A stretch of DNA of 64,000 bases from an uncultured virus (IMG/VR IMGVR_UViG_3300028886_002149) (taxonomy: Duplodnaviria > Heunggongvirae > Uroviricota > Caudoviricetes): IMG/VR virus record IMGVR_UViG_3300028886_002149; one strand, written 5' to 3'. Below are positions 1-9,459 of the stretch, in pieces. The notes below the pieces were generated by a model, which ran no database searches, was not told the DNA's origin, and saw only the letters and a program-made list of their open reading frames with translations. The number at the start of each line of letters is the position of its first letter. The stretch's first letter is position 1. A program made the translations under genes and the position numbers.

Positions 1-81
1 AAGAAAAATGTGGTCATCGATTTAGATGCTATTGAAGAATATTTGGAAAAACAGTGTATGGAAGAAAACGGAGGTATCTGA
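1..81 (+). CDS. Partial (3' end) excisionase-like DUF6462-type protein
   Basis: Frame 1 reads KKNVVIDLDAIEEYLEKQCMEENGGI*, resembling the C-termini (IVLVNTE.++EY+E) of the paralogues at 83-340 and 58243-58470; not in ORF track. Confidence 0.55.
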   Translation, partial: KKNVVIDLDAIEEYLEKQCMEENGGI

Positions 82-82
82 A

Positions 83-340
83 ATGTATAGCAGAGGAAAA
101 TCAATTAATCCCGAGAAACAGGAAAAGTTGGATAACATGGCGAAGCAGTTTGCTGCTGGTGGAAAGAAGAAATGGGTGCGCTATGACGAGGGTGCGCTTC
201 TCTATTCTATGGGAATTCATTCTTTTATGGAATTGGCGAAGGAAGCCAAGGCAGTCTACCACATCAAAAGGATTGTTTTGGTAAACACAGAGAAACTGGA
301 TGAGTACATCGAAGTGATGTATAGCGATGATCCGGAATAG
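83..340 (+). CDS. Excisionase-like small DNA-binding protein (DUF6462-type)
   Basis: KKKWVRYDEGALLYSMGIHSFMELAKEAKAVY; GGAGGT RBS before ATG 83; close paralogue two genes upstream of the integrase (58243). Confidence 0.7.
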   Translation: MYSRGKSINPEKQEKLDNMAKQFAAGGKKKWVRYDEGALLYSMGIHSFMELAKEAKAVYHIKRIVLVNTEKLDEYIEVMYSDDPE

Positions 341-353
341 GAGGGCATAGATC

Positions 354-1136
354 ATGTGTAAGATTATTGCGATTGCGAATCAAAAAGGTGGTGTCGGAAA
401 AACAACGACAACGGTTAATCTCGGTATCGGCTTAGCATCTGAAGGGAATAGGGTTTTATTGATCGATGGAGATCCTCAGGGCTCTCTGACGATCAGTCTT
501 GGTTACAGAGAACCGGACAGACTCGATCATACTCTGGCATCTTTACTTTCCGAAGTCATGGAAGAGCAGAAACCATCGGTTAGTGAGACGATCATCCATC
601 ATGAGGAAGGTGTGGATCTCATTCCGGCAAATATCGAGTTGTCAGCTCTTGAAATCAATCTTGTAAATGTTATGAGCAGAGAAGTGATGCTTCGTAGTTT
701 AGTTGAAATCATTAAGTCTGAGTATGACTACATTATCATCGATTGCATGCCCTCGCTTGGGATGCTTACGATAAATGCTCTGGCTTGTGCAGACAGCGTG
801 CTGATTCCGGTTCAGGCGGCCTATCTTCCGGTAAAAGGATTAGAACAGTTGATTAAGACCATTGGACGTGTTCAGAGGAGACTCAATAAGAAACTCCGGG
901 TTGAAGGAATTCTCCTCACAATGGTTGATGCCAGGACAAATTATGCCAAGGATATTTCTAAGCTTGTTGTTGATACTTACTCAGATCAGATTGGAGTGTT
1001 TGAAACATTGATCCCTTTGTCTGTCAGAGCTGCAGAAATCAGTGCGGAAGGTTCCAGTATTTATCAGTACGATCCGAAAGGCAAAGCCGCCTCCGCGTAC
1101 AGGACACTCACAGAGGAGGTGATCAGTCATGGCTAA
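354..1136 (+). CDS. parA: ParA/Soj family ATPase
   Basis: Deviant Walker [27 protein letters not shown]. Confidence 0.95.
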   Translation: MCKIIAIANQKGGVGKTTTTVNLGIGLASEGNRVLLIDGDPQGSLTISLGYREPDRLDHTLASLLSEVMEEQKPSVSETIIHHEEGVDLIPANIELSALEINLVNVMSREVMLRSLVEIIKSEYDYIIIDCMPSLGMLTINALACADSVLIPVQAAYLPVKGLEQLIKTIGRVQRRLNKKLRVEGILLTMVDARTNYAKDISKLVVDTYSDQIGVFETLIPLSVRAAEISAEGSSIYQYDPKGKAASAYRTLTEEVISHG

Positions 1137-2040
1137 GAGAGTGGGTCAGAAAATCAAGATGACATCCATCGATGAATTGTTGGGGGTTCCCACAGTTGCA
1201 GGATGTGATGAGATTGAAGTTGCAAAGATTCGTCCGTTTAAGGATCATCCATTCAAGGTCTTGGATGATGACAAGATGCATGAGCTTGTGGAAAGTATCA
1301 TGCTTAACGGAGTGTTGGTTCCGGTCACTGTAAGGCCGATTGAAGACGGAGAGTATGAAATGATCTCCGGTCACCGACGGTTATTTGCGGTAAAAGAAAT
1401 TGGTCTGGAAAAGATCCCGGCCATTGTGAAAGATTATGACGATGATGAAGCTGTCCTGGCTATGGTAGACTCTAATTTGCAGAGAGAAGAGATCCTGCCG
1501 AGTGAAAAGGCATTTGCTTATAAAATGCGATATGATGCGATGCGCAGGAAGGCCGGGCGTCCCTCAAAAAATAATTCCTCCCAATTCGGGAGAAATTTTC
1601 AGACGGACATAGTACTTGCTGAGCAGGTTGGTGAAAGCCGTGGACAGTTGCATAGGTATCTTCGTTTGGTGGAACTTATTCCTTCCATTCTGGATCTTGT
1701 CGATAGGAAGGCTCTGGCACTTGCTACAGCAGTGGAAGTTTCTTTTCTGGATCACCAAGTCCAGGCAATGCTTTATGATTATATGCTCGAAAATGATATC
1801 TGTAAGACATTTCAGATTTTTGCGGTGAGAGATTATCTTAAAGAGCATGAAACAATCTCTAAGATGGAACTGATGCGGATTCTAAATGAGAACGCCCCCA
1901 AGGATGAGAGCAACAGATTTCAACAGCTCACGATCACCAAGAAAAAACTGCAGGAATACTTCCCAACATTTTATACCAAGGCACAGATGGAGAAGGTGTT
2001 GTTTTCACTCTTGGAAGAGTGGAAGAAACAGAATTTGTGA
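1129..2040 (+). CDS. parB: ParB/Spo0J family partition protein
   Basis: HPFKV, ISGHRR, DSNLQRE motifs; overlaps parA stop. Confidence 0.92.
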   Translation: MAKRVGQKIKMTSIDELLGVPTVAGCDEIEVAKIRPFKDHPFKVLDDDKMHELVESIMLNGVLVPVTVRPIEDGEYEMISGHRRLFAVKEIGLEKIPAIVKDYDDDEAVLAMVDSNLQREEILPSEKAFAYKMRYDAMRRKAGRPSKNNSSQFGRNFQTDIVLAEQVGESRGQLHRYLRLVELIPSILDLVDRKALALATAVEVSFLDHQVQAMLYDYMLENDICKTFQIFAVRDYLKEHETISKMELMRILNENAPKDESNRFQQLTITKKKLQEYFPTFYTKAQMEKVLFSLLEEWKKQNL

Positions 2041-2157
2041 GCCAAGTAATACTAATAATCGTGATATTGAACATGCCATATTTTATTTTGAAAACAGAAG
2101 AGTGGTTCAAGTGGATCGCATTGTCGTATGCAGAGCGAGTTTAACATGTTCTAAGCG

Positions 2158-2208
2158 GATTCCCATGGTTATCTGAGATATTTGGATGGCCATGGGTATC
2201 TTTGCTTT
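2158..2208 (+). terminator. Intrinsic terminator after parB
   Basis: CCCATGGTTATCTGA-GATAT-TTGGATGGCCATGGG stem (with G-U pairs) followed by a T-rich tract. Confidence 0.6.
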
Positions 2209-2262
2209 GTTCAAAATGCACAAAACGAACGTGCGATTTATACAACTGATTAGCAATAATTA

Positions 2263-2291
2263 TTGATAATTTTCGCCTAAGCGTGTACAAT
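2263..2291 (+). promoter_or_regulatory. SigA-type promoter
   Basis: TTGATA-17 bp-TACAAT upstream of gene at 2340. Confidence 0.6.
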
Positions 2292-2339
2292 GAAATCAAG
2301 TGTTATTGTAAGCTCTTTGATGGTTATATAACGAGGTAA

Positions 2340-2534
2340 ATGATGGTAGAAGGCTATGTAACAGTAAAAGAAATTGCTGAAAAATGGAGTTTGAAGGTAA
2401 GAACAGTACAAATTATGTGTGCCAATGGCAGAATTGAGGGCGCAGTAAAATTTGGACGTGACTGGGCAATACCAGCCGATGCCAAAAAACCAACAGATAA
2501 GAGGGTTGTGTCTGGGATTTATGTAAAAAAATGA
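2340..2534 (+). CDS. Small excisionase/MerR-like HTH DNA-binding protein
   Basis: VTVKEIAEKW...RTVQIMCANGRIEGAVKFGRDWAIP. Confidence 0.8.
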   Translation: MMVEGYVTVKEIAEKWSLKVRTVQIMCANGRIEGAVKFGRDWAIPADAKKPTDKRVVSGIYVKK

Positions 2535-2538
2535 ACTG

Positions 2539-2573
2539 ATAGACAGATTTTGTCCACGCCGTTTTGGTAGAGT
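2539..2573 (+). promoter_or_regulatory. Candidate WYL-regulator operator plus -10 (copy 1)
   Basis: ATAGACAGATTTTGTCCA quasi-palindrome, then TAGAGT 11 bp after TGTCCA; 17/18 identical copy at 7669. Confidence 0.65.
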
Positions 2574-2604
2574 ATGGAAAAATGTTTTAAAGAAGGGAGC
2601 ACGC

Positions 2605-3396
2605 ATGAACGAATTACAAATTGTTAGCCTTGAAAAAACAGAAATATCCCTATGGGATTTTGAAAGTATAAAGACAGAGCTCGCTCAGGCATTATCTGTC
2701 TATAAGAATATGGTCTATACAGATGAGTCGATAAAGTCCGCAAAGGATGACAAGGCTGTATTGGCTAAAGTAAAAAAACTGATAGAGGATCAGCGTAAGG
2801 CATATAAGGCAAAATGCCTTGCTCCTTATGATGCCATAGAGCCACAGGTTAAGGAAATCGTGGGGATGATTGAGGAACAGAGAGTCCTTATCGATGATGT
2901 TGTAAAGGATTATACCGAGAGGCAGAAACGCGAGAAGGAAGAAGAGGTAAAAAAATATTACGATAAGAAAGCCTTTGTTCTGGGAGATGTAGCGCAGCCC
3001 TTATTCAGTAAGATATTGGATCCCAAATGGCTGAATGCATCCACGTCCAAATCCAAATATGAAGAGGGTATACAGGAAGCCATAGTTAAAGCCAAAAGTG
3101 ATTTAGATGCTATACGCGCTATTAACTCACCATTTGTTGACACCCTGATAGAAAAATATGTGGAAACACTGTCTTTGGACGATGCGAAAGCAAAGCACGA
3201 GGAACTGGTTATGGCTGCGAGTAAGGCTGGTTTAAATCAGGCAAGCACTACTTCGGAAATGGCAGAGAAATCGGTGGCACCAGTTGTATCAAACGATACT
3301 GATGGAGTCGTGGTAAAGATCCATGCCAACCAGAGTCAGATGAATCAGATTTGCGATTTTATGAAAGCTATCGGAGTGACATACGAAATACAGTAG
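2605..3396 (+). CDS. DUF1351-like coiled-coil protein
   Basis: W.FE.+K.EL...L..YK..VYT+E.IK.AK.D.A.L.K pattern and KWLNAS motif. Confidence 0.7.
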   Translation: MNELQIVSLEKTEISLWDFESIKTELAQALSVYKNMVYTDESIKSAKDDKAVLAKVKKLIEDQRKAYKAKCLAPYDAIEPQVKEIVGMIEEQRVLIDDVVKDYTERQKREKEEEVKKYYDKKAFVLGDVAQPLFSKILDPKWLNASTSKSKYEEGIQEAIVKAKSDLDAIRAINSPFVDTLIEKYVETLSLDDAKAKHEELVMAASKAGLNQASTTSEMAEKSVAPVVSNDTDGVVVKIHANQSQMNQICDFMKAIGVTYEIQ

Positions 3397-3406
3397 GTGA
3401 CAGAGC

Positions 3407-6256
3407 GTGTTTGATTATGGTAATGCGAATGATGATCAGAAGCAGGCAATTAATACGACGGAGGGGCCGGTACTTATAATCGCGGGACCCGGAACGGGAA
3501 AAACCTTCACAATCGTAAAGAGACTGGCTTACTTGATCATAGAAAAAGATGTAAAGCCGTCAGAGGTAATGGTTGTAACCTTTACGGAAAAAGCCGCAAA
3601 GGAGTTGGTTACAAGAATATCAAATGAGTTTGTCCGGCTTCAGATAAATATAAACATAAATGAAATCTATATCGGAACATTTCATTCTGTTTGTTTAAGG
3701 CTGTTGAAAGAGTATTCGGGGGCAGAAGATACAAAGAAAAGCAGCAGGATGATAGATGCATTTGAGCAGACCTATCTTGTCTGCAAGAACATTGACAATT
3801 TTAACAGTTTAGGAGGATTTAAGAAACATTTTCCGGCAACAATGGGTGCCTGGAAGCAATCCTTGGAAATCTGCAGATATGTTAATCAACTGATGGAAGA
3901 AATGGTTGATATAGAAGCTATGGAATGCGACCAGGATGAAGACGTTCGGTTACTAGCAAGGCTTGTTAAAAAGTATCAGGAATTACTCGAAAGAAATGGC
4001 GCTATGGATTTTTCTGCCATTCAGACTGAAACATATGCACTATTTGCCTCACACGCTGACCTTCAAAAAGATATTCAGCAGAAGATCCACTACATAATGG
4101 TGGATGAATATCAGGATACAAATTACATTCAGGAACAGTTGGTCTTTTTGTTCGCAGGTGAGAGAAAGAATATTTGTGTAGTCGGAGACGATGATCAGGG
4201 AATGTATCGCTTCAGAGGTGCAACAATACGTAATATTCTTGAATTCCCTCAAAAGTTCGGAGAAAAGGGCTGCACAATAATTCATTTAAACAAGAATTAC
4301 AGATCTGAGCCGGGAATTATAGATTTTTACAATAAATGGATGACTGACGTTGAAGGAGTAAATCTCTTTAACTGGGACAAGTACAGGTATGATAAACAGA
4401 TAGTATCATCCAAATCAGACGGGAATGAAAAAGATTCCGTATATAAATGCGGTGGCGACTCGTTGGATGCGGAAAAAGAGGATCTGTTACATTTGGTTAG
4501 GGGGTTGATCAGTAGAGGCAACATCTCGAATTACAACCAGATAGCGTTTCTATTCAGATCTGTAAAAAGCAATGAAGCGGTAGAGGTAGGAAGGTATCTT
4601 GAAGAAAATGGAATACCTGTCTATTCACCGAGGTCAGACATGTTTTTTGAAAGAACTGAGGTAAAACAGCTGCTGGGGTGTTTGATCAGTTGCTTTACGA
4701 CCTACATTCAAGATCTTAAGAAAAATATGTTCCTTTATAAGATCTCGGATGGTTTACGGCAGTATTATATCGGATGCGTTAAAGAGGCGATTACTTTAAT
4801 GAAATCCGATATCGGCTTGCATAATTACATAGAAAAGAAAATGTTTGAAATACAATCCCTTTCAGCTGATTCAGAAGAGGGATTATTGGATATCTTTTAT
4901 AGAATCATTGCCTTTGAACCTTTTAAAGGATATCTGTCATCGGAATTGAAAGATAATGTGCTGAAGACAAGGGCGGCAAGGAATCTTTCGGAAATCTCCA
5001 GAATGCTATCGAAATTCAGCTTTTTACATGAAATGCATTTGATAACTCAGGACAATAAGATTTCGATGCCGGAGGAATTGTTTAATGTTTATTTGAAATA
5101 TCTCTTTATTGACGGCATTGGCGAATATGAAGATGAATCCGAGTATGCTCCAAGTGGATGTGTTTCTTTTATGACAATACATCAATCAAAAGGACTCGAA
5201 TTTCCCGTGGTCGTGACGGGATCCCTTGGAAACGCACCAAGAAGAAATAGTGATCCTTTGTTGATGACGGTAGAGAATAGGTTCTTTAGAAGAAAACCGT
5301 TTGAACCGCTTGCGAACATAAAGTATTTCGATTTTTGGCGATTGTACTATGTGGCATTTTCCAGAGCACAAAATATGTTGGTGCTGGCAACCAAGAAGGA
5401 TGACAGTAAGTATTTTGGAAGTCGTCTGGAAACACTTCCACATTTTAAATGTTATGAAGAAGATGAAATCTTTGAGACTGTTAAAGATGTAAATTATAAG
5501 CATGTGTATTCCTTTACATCGCATATCTCTGTGTATGACGGGTGTCCTAAGCAGTATAAGTTTTACAAAGAATATGGGTTTGCACAAAACCAGATGTTCC
5601 ATACATCTGTAGGATCGTTGGTACACGCCACGCTTGAAGACATGAATAAGTGTATTATCGGAGGCAACATAGAAAAAGTTACTGAAGACGCGATAAAAGA
5701 ATGGTTTTTGCTTAATTATAGGGAAATGCAGGAACAGACAGGGTATTACCTTACGGGTGACCAACAGGACAATGCTTTGTCGCAGGTAATCAGATATTAC
5801 CATCATCGCAAGGATGAGCTGGGCAGGGTATGGAAGGCAGAGGAGGAAATCAATCTTATCCTTCCGGAATATATCCTTCAAGGCATTATAGATTTGGTAG
5901 AAGGTGATGGGGATACAGTTGAAATAGTAGACTATAAGACCGGTCCCAAACCGGATTATGAGAATCATCCGGAGCGGGTAGAACACTATAAAAAGCAGCT
6001 TGAAATATATGCATATCTGATAGAGAAACGCTATTCAAAAACTGTTAGCAGAATGCATTTGTATTACACAAGTACACTTGAAGGTAATCCTATTATCTCA
6101 TTCGATTGGAGTCGTGAAGCAATTGACTCAACTATCGAAGAGATAACTGAAACAGTTCGACATATTGAGAATAAGGACTTTGAGAATGACGTTCAGAACA
6201 ATTATGCATGTAGATTTTGTGATATGAAGCATGTTTGCGGAAAGGTCACAGCGTAG
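3407..6256 (+). CDS. UvrD/PcrA-type SF1 helicase fused to C-terminal RecB/AddB/Cas4-type nuclease with 4 Cys (putative Fe-S)
   Basis: AGPGTGKT, VDEYQD, VGDDDQ, NYRS, TIHQSKGLEF, YVAFSRA; nuclease GIIDLV..IVDYKTG..QLEIYA; Cys in GCPKQY and CRFCDMKHVC. Confidence 0.9.
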   Translation: MFDYGNANDDQKQAINTTEGPVLIIAGPGTGKTFTIVKRLAYLIIEKDVKPSEVMVVTFTEKAAKELVTRISNEFVRLQINININEIYIGTFHSVCLRLLKEYSGAEDTKKSSRMIDAFEQTYLVCKNIDNFNSLGGFKKHFPATMGAWKQSLEICRYVNQLMEEMVDIEAMECDQDEDVRLLARLVKKYQELLERNGAMDFSAIQTETYALFASHADLQKDIQQKIHYIMVDEYQDTNYIQEQLVFLFAGERKNICVVGDDDQGMYRFRGATIRNILEFPQKFGEKGCTIIHLNKNYRSEPGIIDFYNKWMTDVEGVNLFNWDKYRYDKQIVSSKSDGNEKDSVYKCGGDSLDAEKEDLLHLVRGLISRGNISNYNQIAFLFRSVKSNEAVEVGRYLEENGIPVYSPRSDMFFERTEVKQLLGCLISCFTTYIQDLKKNMFLYKISDGLRQYYIGCVKEAITLMKSDIGLHNYIEKKMFEIQSLSADSEEGLLDIFYRIIAFEPFKGYLSSELKDNVLKTRAARNLSEISRMLSKFSFLHEMHLITQDNKISMPEELFNVYLKYLFIDGIGEYEDESEYAPSGCVSFMTIHQSKGLEFPVVVTGSLGNAPRRNSDPLLMTVENRFFRRKPFEPLANIKYFDFWRLYYVAFSRAQNMLVLATKKDDSKYFGSRLETLPHFKCYEEDEIFETVKDVNYKHVYSFTSHISVYDGCPKQYKFYKEYGFAQNQMFHTSVGSLVHATLEDMNKCIIGGNIEKVTEDAIKEWFLLNYREMQEQTGYYLTGDQQDNALSQVIRYYHHRKDELGRVWKAEEEINLILPEYILQGIIDLVEGDGDTVEIVDYKTGPKPDYENHPERVEHYKKQLEIYAYLIEKRYSKTVSRMHLYYTSTLEGNPIISFDWSREAIDSTIEEITETVRHIENKDFENDVQNNYACRFCDMKHVCGKVTA

Positions 6257-6266
6257 GAGGTTTGTT

Positions 6267-7655
6267 ATGCCTATTTGTATTAATTGCGGCAATGAAGCAG
6301 AGAGTTGTCTTTGCACCAAATGTAAAGAGACGGTAAATATCGAAGAATTATGCGAACGAATAGCCGCATATAGACCTGGACTTGGTGAGAACGCTTTGTG
6401 GGATTCTATTTCTGCAAACTTGTCCAGCCCGTACAATTTTAAGAATATTATTTTTGCGATTACAGATAGTATTCCGTCTCCGCGTAAAGAATACAGAAGA
6501 ATCCTGGGGATGGTTGGAGATTCGACTGCTATCGCTAAGAATAGCAGACCTTGGTTATACGAAGCATATGATGCGTGCAAGAAAGCTGAAGGCTTATCTG
6601 AATATGAGCTTAATCGGATTAAGGGGCTGGTGCTGGATGCTTTGTATAAAGACTATATGTTTTTAGAAGCGGATGAATTAGCGGCGGACATTATGGGGTC
6701 AGATAACCTGCCTAAACAGGTGTATTTTACAGTGGCAGATTTCTACACCAAAACGAGAAGATATGATGAAGCAGATGAAATATTGTCCGAGGCAGAGAAA
6801 CTATTTGGAAATGATCAAGCCGCAGTAGCAGAAATAAAAAAACTGGCAGATGACAATAATAAGCAGCGTGAAAAAGCGGAATCAGGCAAGCAAGAGTATA
6901 TGCCTAATCCGAAAGAAGACAGGGACGCTATAAGAAAGAAGTATGTTGATTTCCTGGCAACACTTGGCATTGAAGCAGAAGTTCCTGCGGGTGGATCGAG
7001 ATCGAGCAGGGGACCTAAGGCAATACCAAGAGACCAATACCCGGAACCGATAGAAACAAGGGACGCAGGATTTGATTCATTTGTTGCCTTTGATTTGGAA
7101 ACTACAGGGCGCAGTTCAAAGATTGACAGCATAATAGAGTTTGGTGCCATAAAGGTAGTAAATGGACAGGTTGTAGATTCCGGGGAGTTCGTCTTCCAAG
7201 AGTTTGTAAAACCCTATAAGAGAAAACTGTCCGATGAGATCCAAAATCTAACGGGGATAACTGCTGAGGATGTAAAGACCGCCAGAGAAATGTGGGAGGT
7301 TACGCCTGATTTCTTGAAATTTGTAGGTGATAGCATTCTTGTTGGTTTCAACTGCATGGCGTTTGACAGCAGATTCATGGTACGCGCAGGCAGATACAGT
7401 AATATCATCATCGAAAACAAATATTTCGATGTTATGCGTTATGCCGATCAGTTTAAGGAGATGCTTGGGATTGATAGTAAGAAAATCTCCCTGGAGGAAC
7501 TGTCAGAAAAATTAGATATTCAAAATCCCGAAGCTCATAGGGCATTGGCGGATGCAATTACAACAGCACGGGTATTTCTTAAACTGAAAGAAATGGATGA
7601 TGGTGCGGCAAGCTCATCATTGGATGATATGTTGTCGGGATTTGAAGATTTTTGA
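6267..7655 (+). CDS. DEDDh 3'-5' exonuclease (PolC/DnaQ-like) with N-terminal Cys4 zinc finger and helical repeat region
   Basis: FDLETTG, GFNCMAFD, HRALADA; N-terminal CINC-x8-CTKC; GGAGG RBS before ATG 6267. Confidence 0.85.
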   Translation: MPICINCGNEAESCLCTKCKETVNIEELCERIAAYRPGLGENALWDSISANLSSPYNFKNIIFAITDSIPSPRKEYRRILGMVGDSTAIAKNSRPWLYEAYDACKKAEGLSEYELNRIKGLVLDALYKDYMFLEADELAADIMGSDNLPKQVYFTVADFYTKTRRYDEADEILSEAEKLFGNDQAAVAEIKKLADDNNKQREKAESGKQEYMPNPKEDRDAIRKKYVDFLATLGIEAEVPAGGSRSSRGPKAIPRDQYPEPIETRDAGFDSFVAFDLETTGRSSKIDSIIEFGAIKVVNGQVVDSGEFVFQEFVKPYKRKLSDEIQNLTGITAEDVKTAREMWEVTPDFLKFVGDSILVGFNCMAFDSRFMVRAGRYSNIIIENKYFDVMRYADQFKEMLGIDSKKISLEELSEKLDIQNPEAHRALADAITTARVFLKLKEMDDGAASSSLDDMLSGFEDF

Positions 7656-7668
7656 AAATTTTTCTCGA

Positions 7669-7703
7669 ATAGACAGATTCTGTCCAACAGATTTTTATAA
7701 ACT
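7669..7703 (+). promoter_or_regulatory. Candidate WYL-regulator operator plus -10 (copy 2)
   Basis: ATAGACAGATTCTGTCCA, then TAAACT 11 bp after TGTCCA; directly upstream of HEPN-WYL genes. Confidence 0.65.
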
Positions 7704-7721
7704 GTAAGGGAATTAGGAACG

Positions 7722-8291
7722 ATGGAAGAGAACGGTTTTGAAATTTCACCAGTGAATCCGGGGTGGATACATAGGAAGAAGGATGAGAAGTACCTTGACA
7801 AGGAATTTATGCGGATTTTCGTTTTCTTTGTGATAAACACTCCGTGTACTGAATCCAGTTCCAGCGGAATAGATATCAGGGATTACGGATGGGATAAAAA
7901 TCTTTGGAGGAACAATGACCTGAAAAACAAGCTGTTTTCGGTGGCGGGTCTGATTAGGGATGATTCTTTCGTGGTTGCAAAGAAAACCGCAGAAATGAAA
8001 AAGGCTTGCGAAAAGGGAAAGACCAAGAAGAATTTTCACAATGACAGATCCAAAGAAAAAGTAGTGATATATAAATCAAAGGACAACGAATTTCTAAGCA
8101 TATGCAACCATATACGGAACGCTCTGGCACACGGAAGGTTCAGTATATATGATGGTGAGCGTGGGGATGTATATGTCATGGAAGATGGGATTAAGCGCAA
8201 CGGGAAATTTCAGGTCAGATCCAGAATGGTATTGAAGAAATCAACGCTGGTGTCATGGATTGATATTCTTGAAAAAGGACGGTTAGATTAG
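7722..8291 (+). CDS. Putative HEPN-domain ribonuclease
   Basis: HIRNALAHGRF = R-x4-H HEPN signature in a small protein. Confidence 0.6.
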   Translation: MEENGFEISPVNPGWIHRKKDEKYLDKEFMRIFVFFVINTPCTESSSSGIDIRDYGWDKNLWRNNDLKNKLFSVAGLIRDDSFVVAKKTAEMKKACEKGKTKKNFHNDRSKEKVVIYKSKDNEFLSICNHIRNALAHGRFSIYDGERGDVYVMEDGIKRNGKFQVRSRMVLKKSTLVSWIDILEKGRLD

Positions 8292-8292
8292 T

Positions 8293-9240
8293 TTGGATAA
8301 GAAAGTTGAGAGAATAATAAACTTGTATAACCGATTATCTGAAGGGGAAGTTCTAATTAAAGCGGACGAGGCCTCCAGATTCGATGTAAACGAGCGCTCA
8401 ATTCAGAGAGACTTGGAAGACATAAGGGCGTATTTTGCAAACGATCCGGAATCCAACAGGGAACTTATATATGATCGTATCCAGAAAGGTTACGTGCTGG
8501 TACAGAATCAGAAGAAGAGTCTTACAAATAGCGAGATTCTGACAGTATGCAAGATTCTTTTAGAGAGCAGATCGCTTGTAAAGGAAGAGATGTACCCCAT
8601 CATCGACAAACTACTGCAATGCTGCGTTCCTTATGGAAATTATAAGAAGGTATTTGACCTGATCAATAATGAAAAATTCCATTATCTGGAGCCGCATCAT
8701 GGAAAAGCGTTTGTTGATGTCATGTGGGATATTGGAACAGCGGTAAATGAACACAGATTAATGCGGATTAGGTATCAAAAACTCAAGGAACCAGATAAGG
8801 TTATGAGAATGATACAACCGGTAGGGCTGATGTTCTCCGAGTATTATTTTTACCTTTGTGCATTTATATCTGTAAGTGAAGAAACGCCGGATGTTCCCAA
8901 AAGACCTTTTCCGACGATTTACAGGATTGATCGGATTGCTGAATACGAAATATTGGATGAACACTTTCATGTTCCGTATGCTGAAAGATTTGAAGAGGGG
9001 GAATTTAGAAAAAGGATCCAGTTTATGTTCGGTGGCGAACTGAGGAAAATTAAGTTCCTATACAAGGGCTTAAGCATCGAAGCAGTTCTGGACAGATTTC
9101 CTACAGCTGAGATACTTTCTCATGACGAAAAAGGATGGCTGATTAAAGCTGAGGTATATGGGGATGGCGTAGATATCTGGCTAAGAGGTCAGGGGGACAT
9201 TATTGAGGTGATTGATGGGGGGAAGCGGAATGATAATTGA
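8293..9240 (+). CDS. WYL-domain transcriptional regulator (wHTH-WYL-WCX)
   Basis: N-terminal HTH RSIQRDL, P.GLMFSEYYFYL, YRIDRI. Confidence 0.9.
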   Translation: MDKKVERIINLYNRLSEGEVLIKADEASRFDVNERSIQRDLEDIRAYFANDPESNRELIYDRIQKGYVLVQNQKKSLTNSEILTVCKILLESRSLVKEEMYPIIDKLLQCCVPYGNYKKVFDLINNEKFHYLEPHHGKAFVDVMWDIGTAVNEHRLMRIRYQKLKEPDKVMRMIQPVGLMFSEYYFYLCAFISVSEETPDVPKRPFPTIYRIDRIAEYEILDEHFHVPYAERFEEGEFRKRIQFMFGGELRKIKFLYKGLSIEAVLDRFPTAEILSHDEKGWLIKAEVYGDGVDIWLRGQGDIIEVIDGGKRNDN

Positions 9241-9415
9241 TGTTGACAGCCTAAAAGAAGATATGAAACAGGAGTGTTATGGAGCATATTTTGGCGGAGG
9301 GTTTGGGGGCGCATTAATAGAATCTTTTGACTTGGACAGAGCATCGCCCGAGGAATTGGTTGAAATGGCTCAAAACAAGGGCATTGATTTAAGTAAATAT
9401 GAAATTAAAGAGTAA
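9230..9415 (+). CDS. Small hypothetical protein
   Basis: Overlaps WYL stop; GAYFGGGFGGA motif. Confidence 0.6.
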   Translation: MIIDVDSLKEDMKQECYGAYFGGGFGGALIESFDLDRASPEELVEMAQNKGIDLSKYEIKE

Positions 9416-9459
9416 TAAAGGATTGCTATAATTCAGAATGAAAAGGAGGAAGAGTTTTT

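Noticed and set aside
5186..5986. 266-aa minus-strand ORF
   Set aside because: Antisense shadow of the helicase-nuclease gene
5500..6256. Cas4-like nuclease as evidence for a CRISPR-Cas locus
   Set aside because: It is a domain fused to a UvrD helicase; no cas1/cas2 or array
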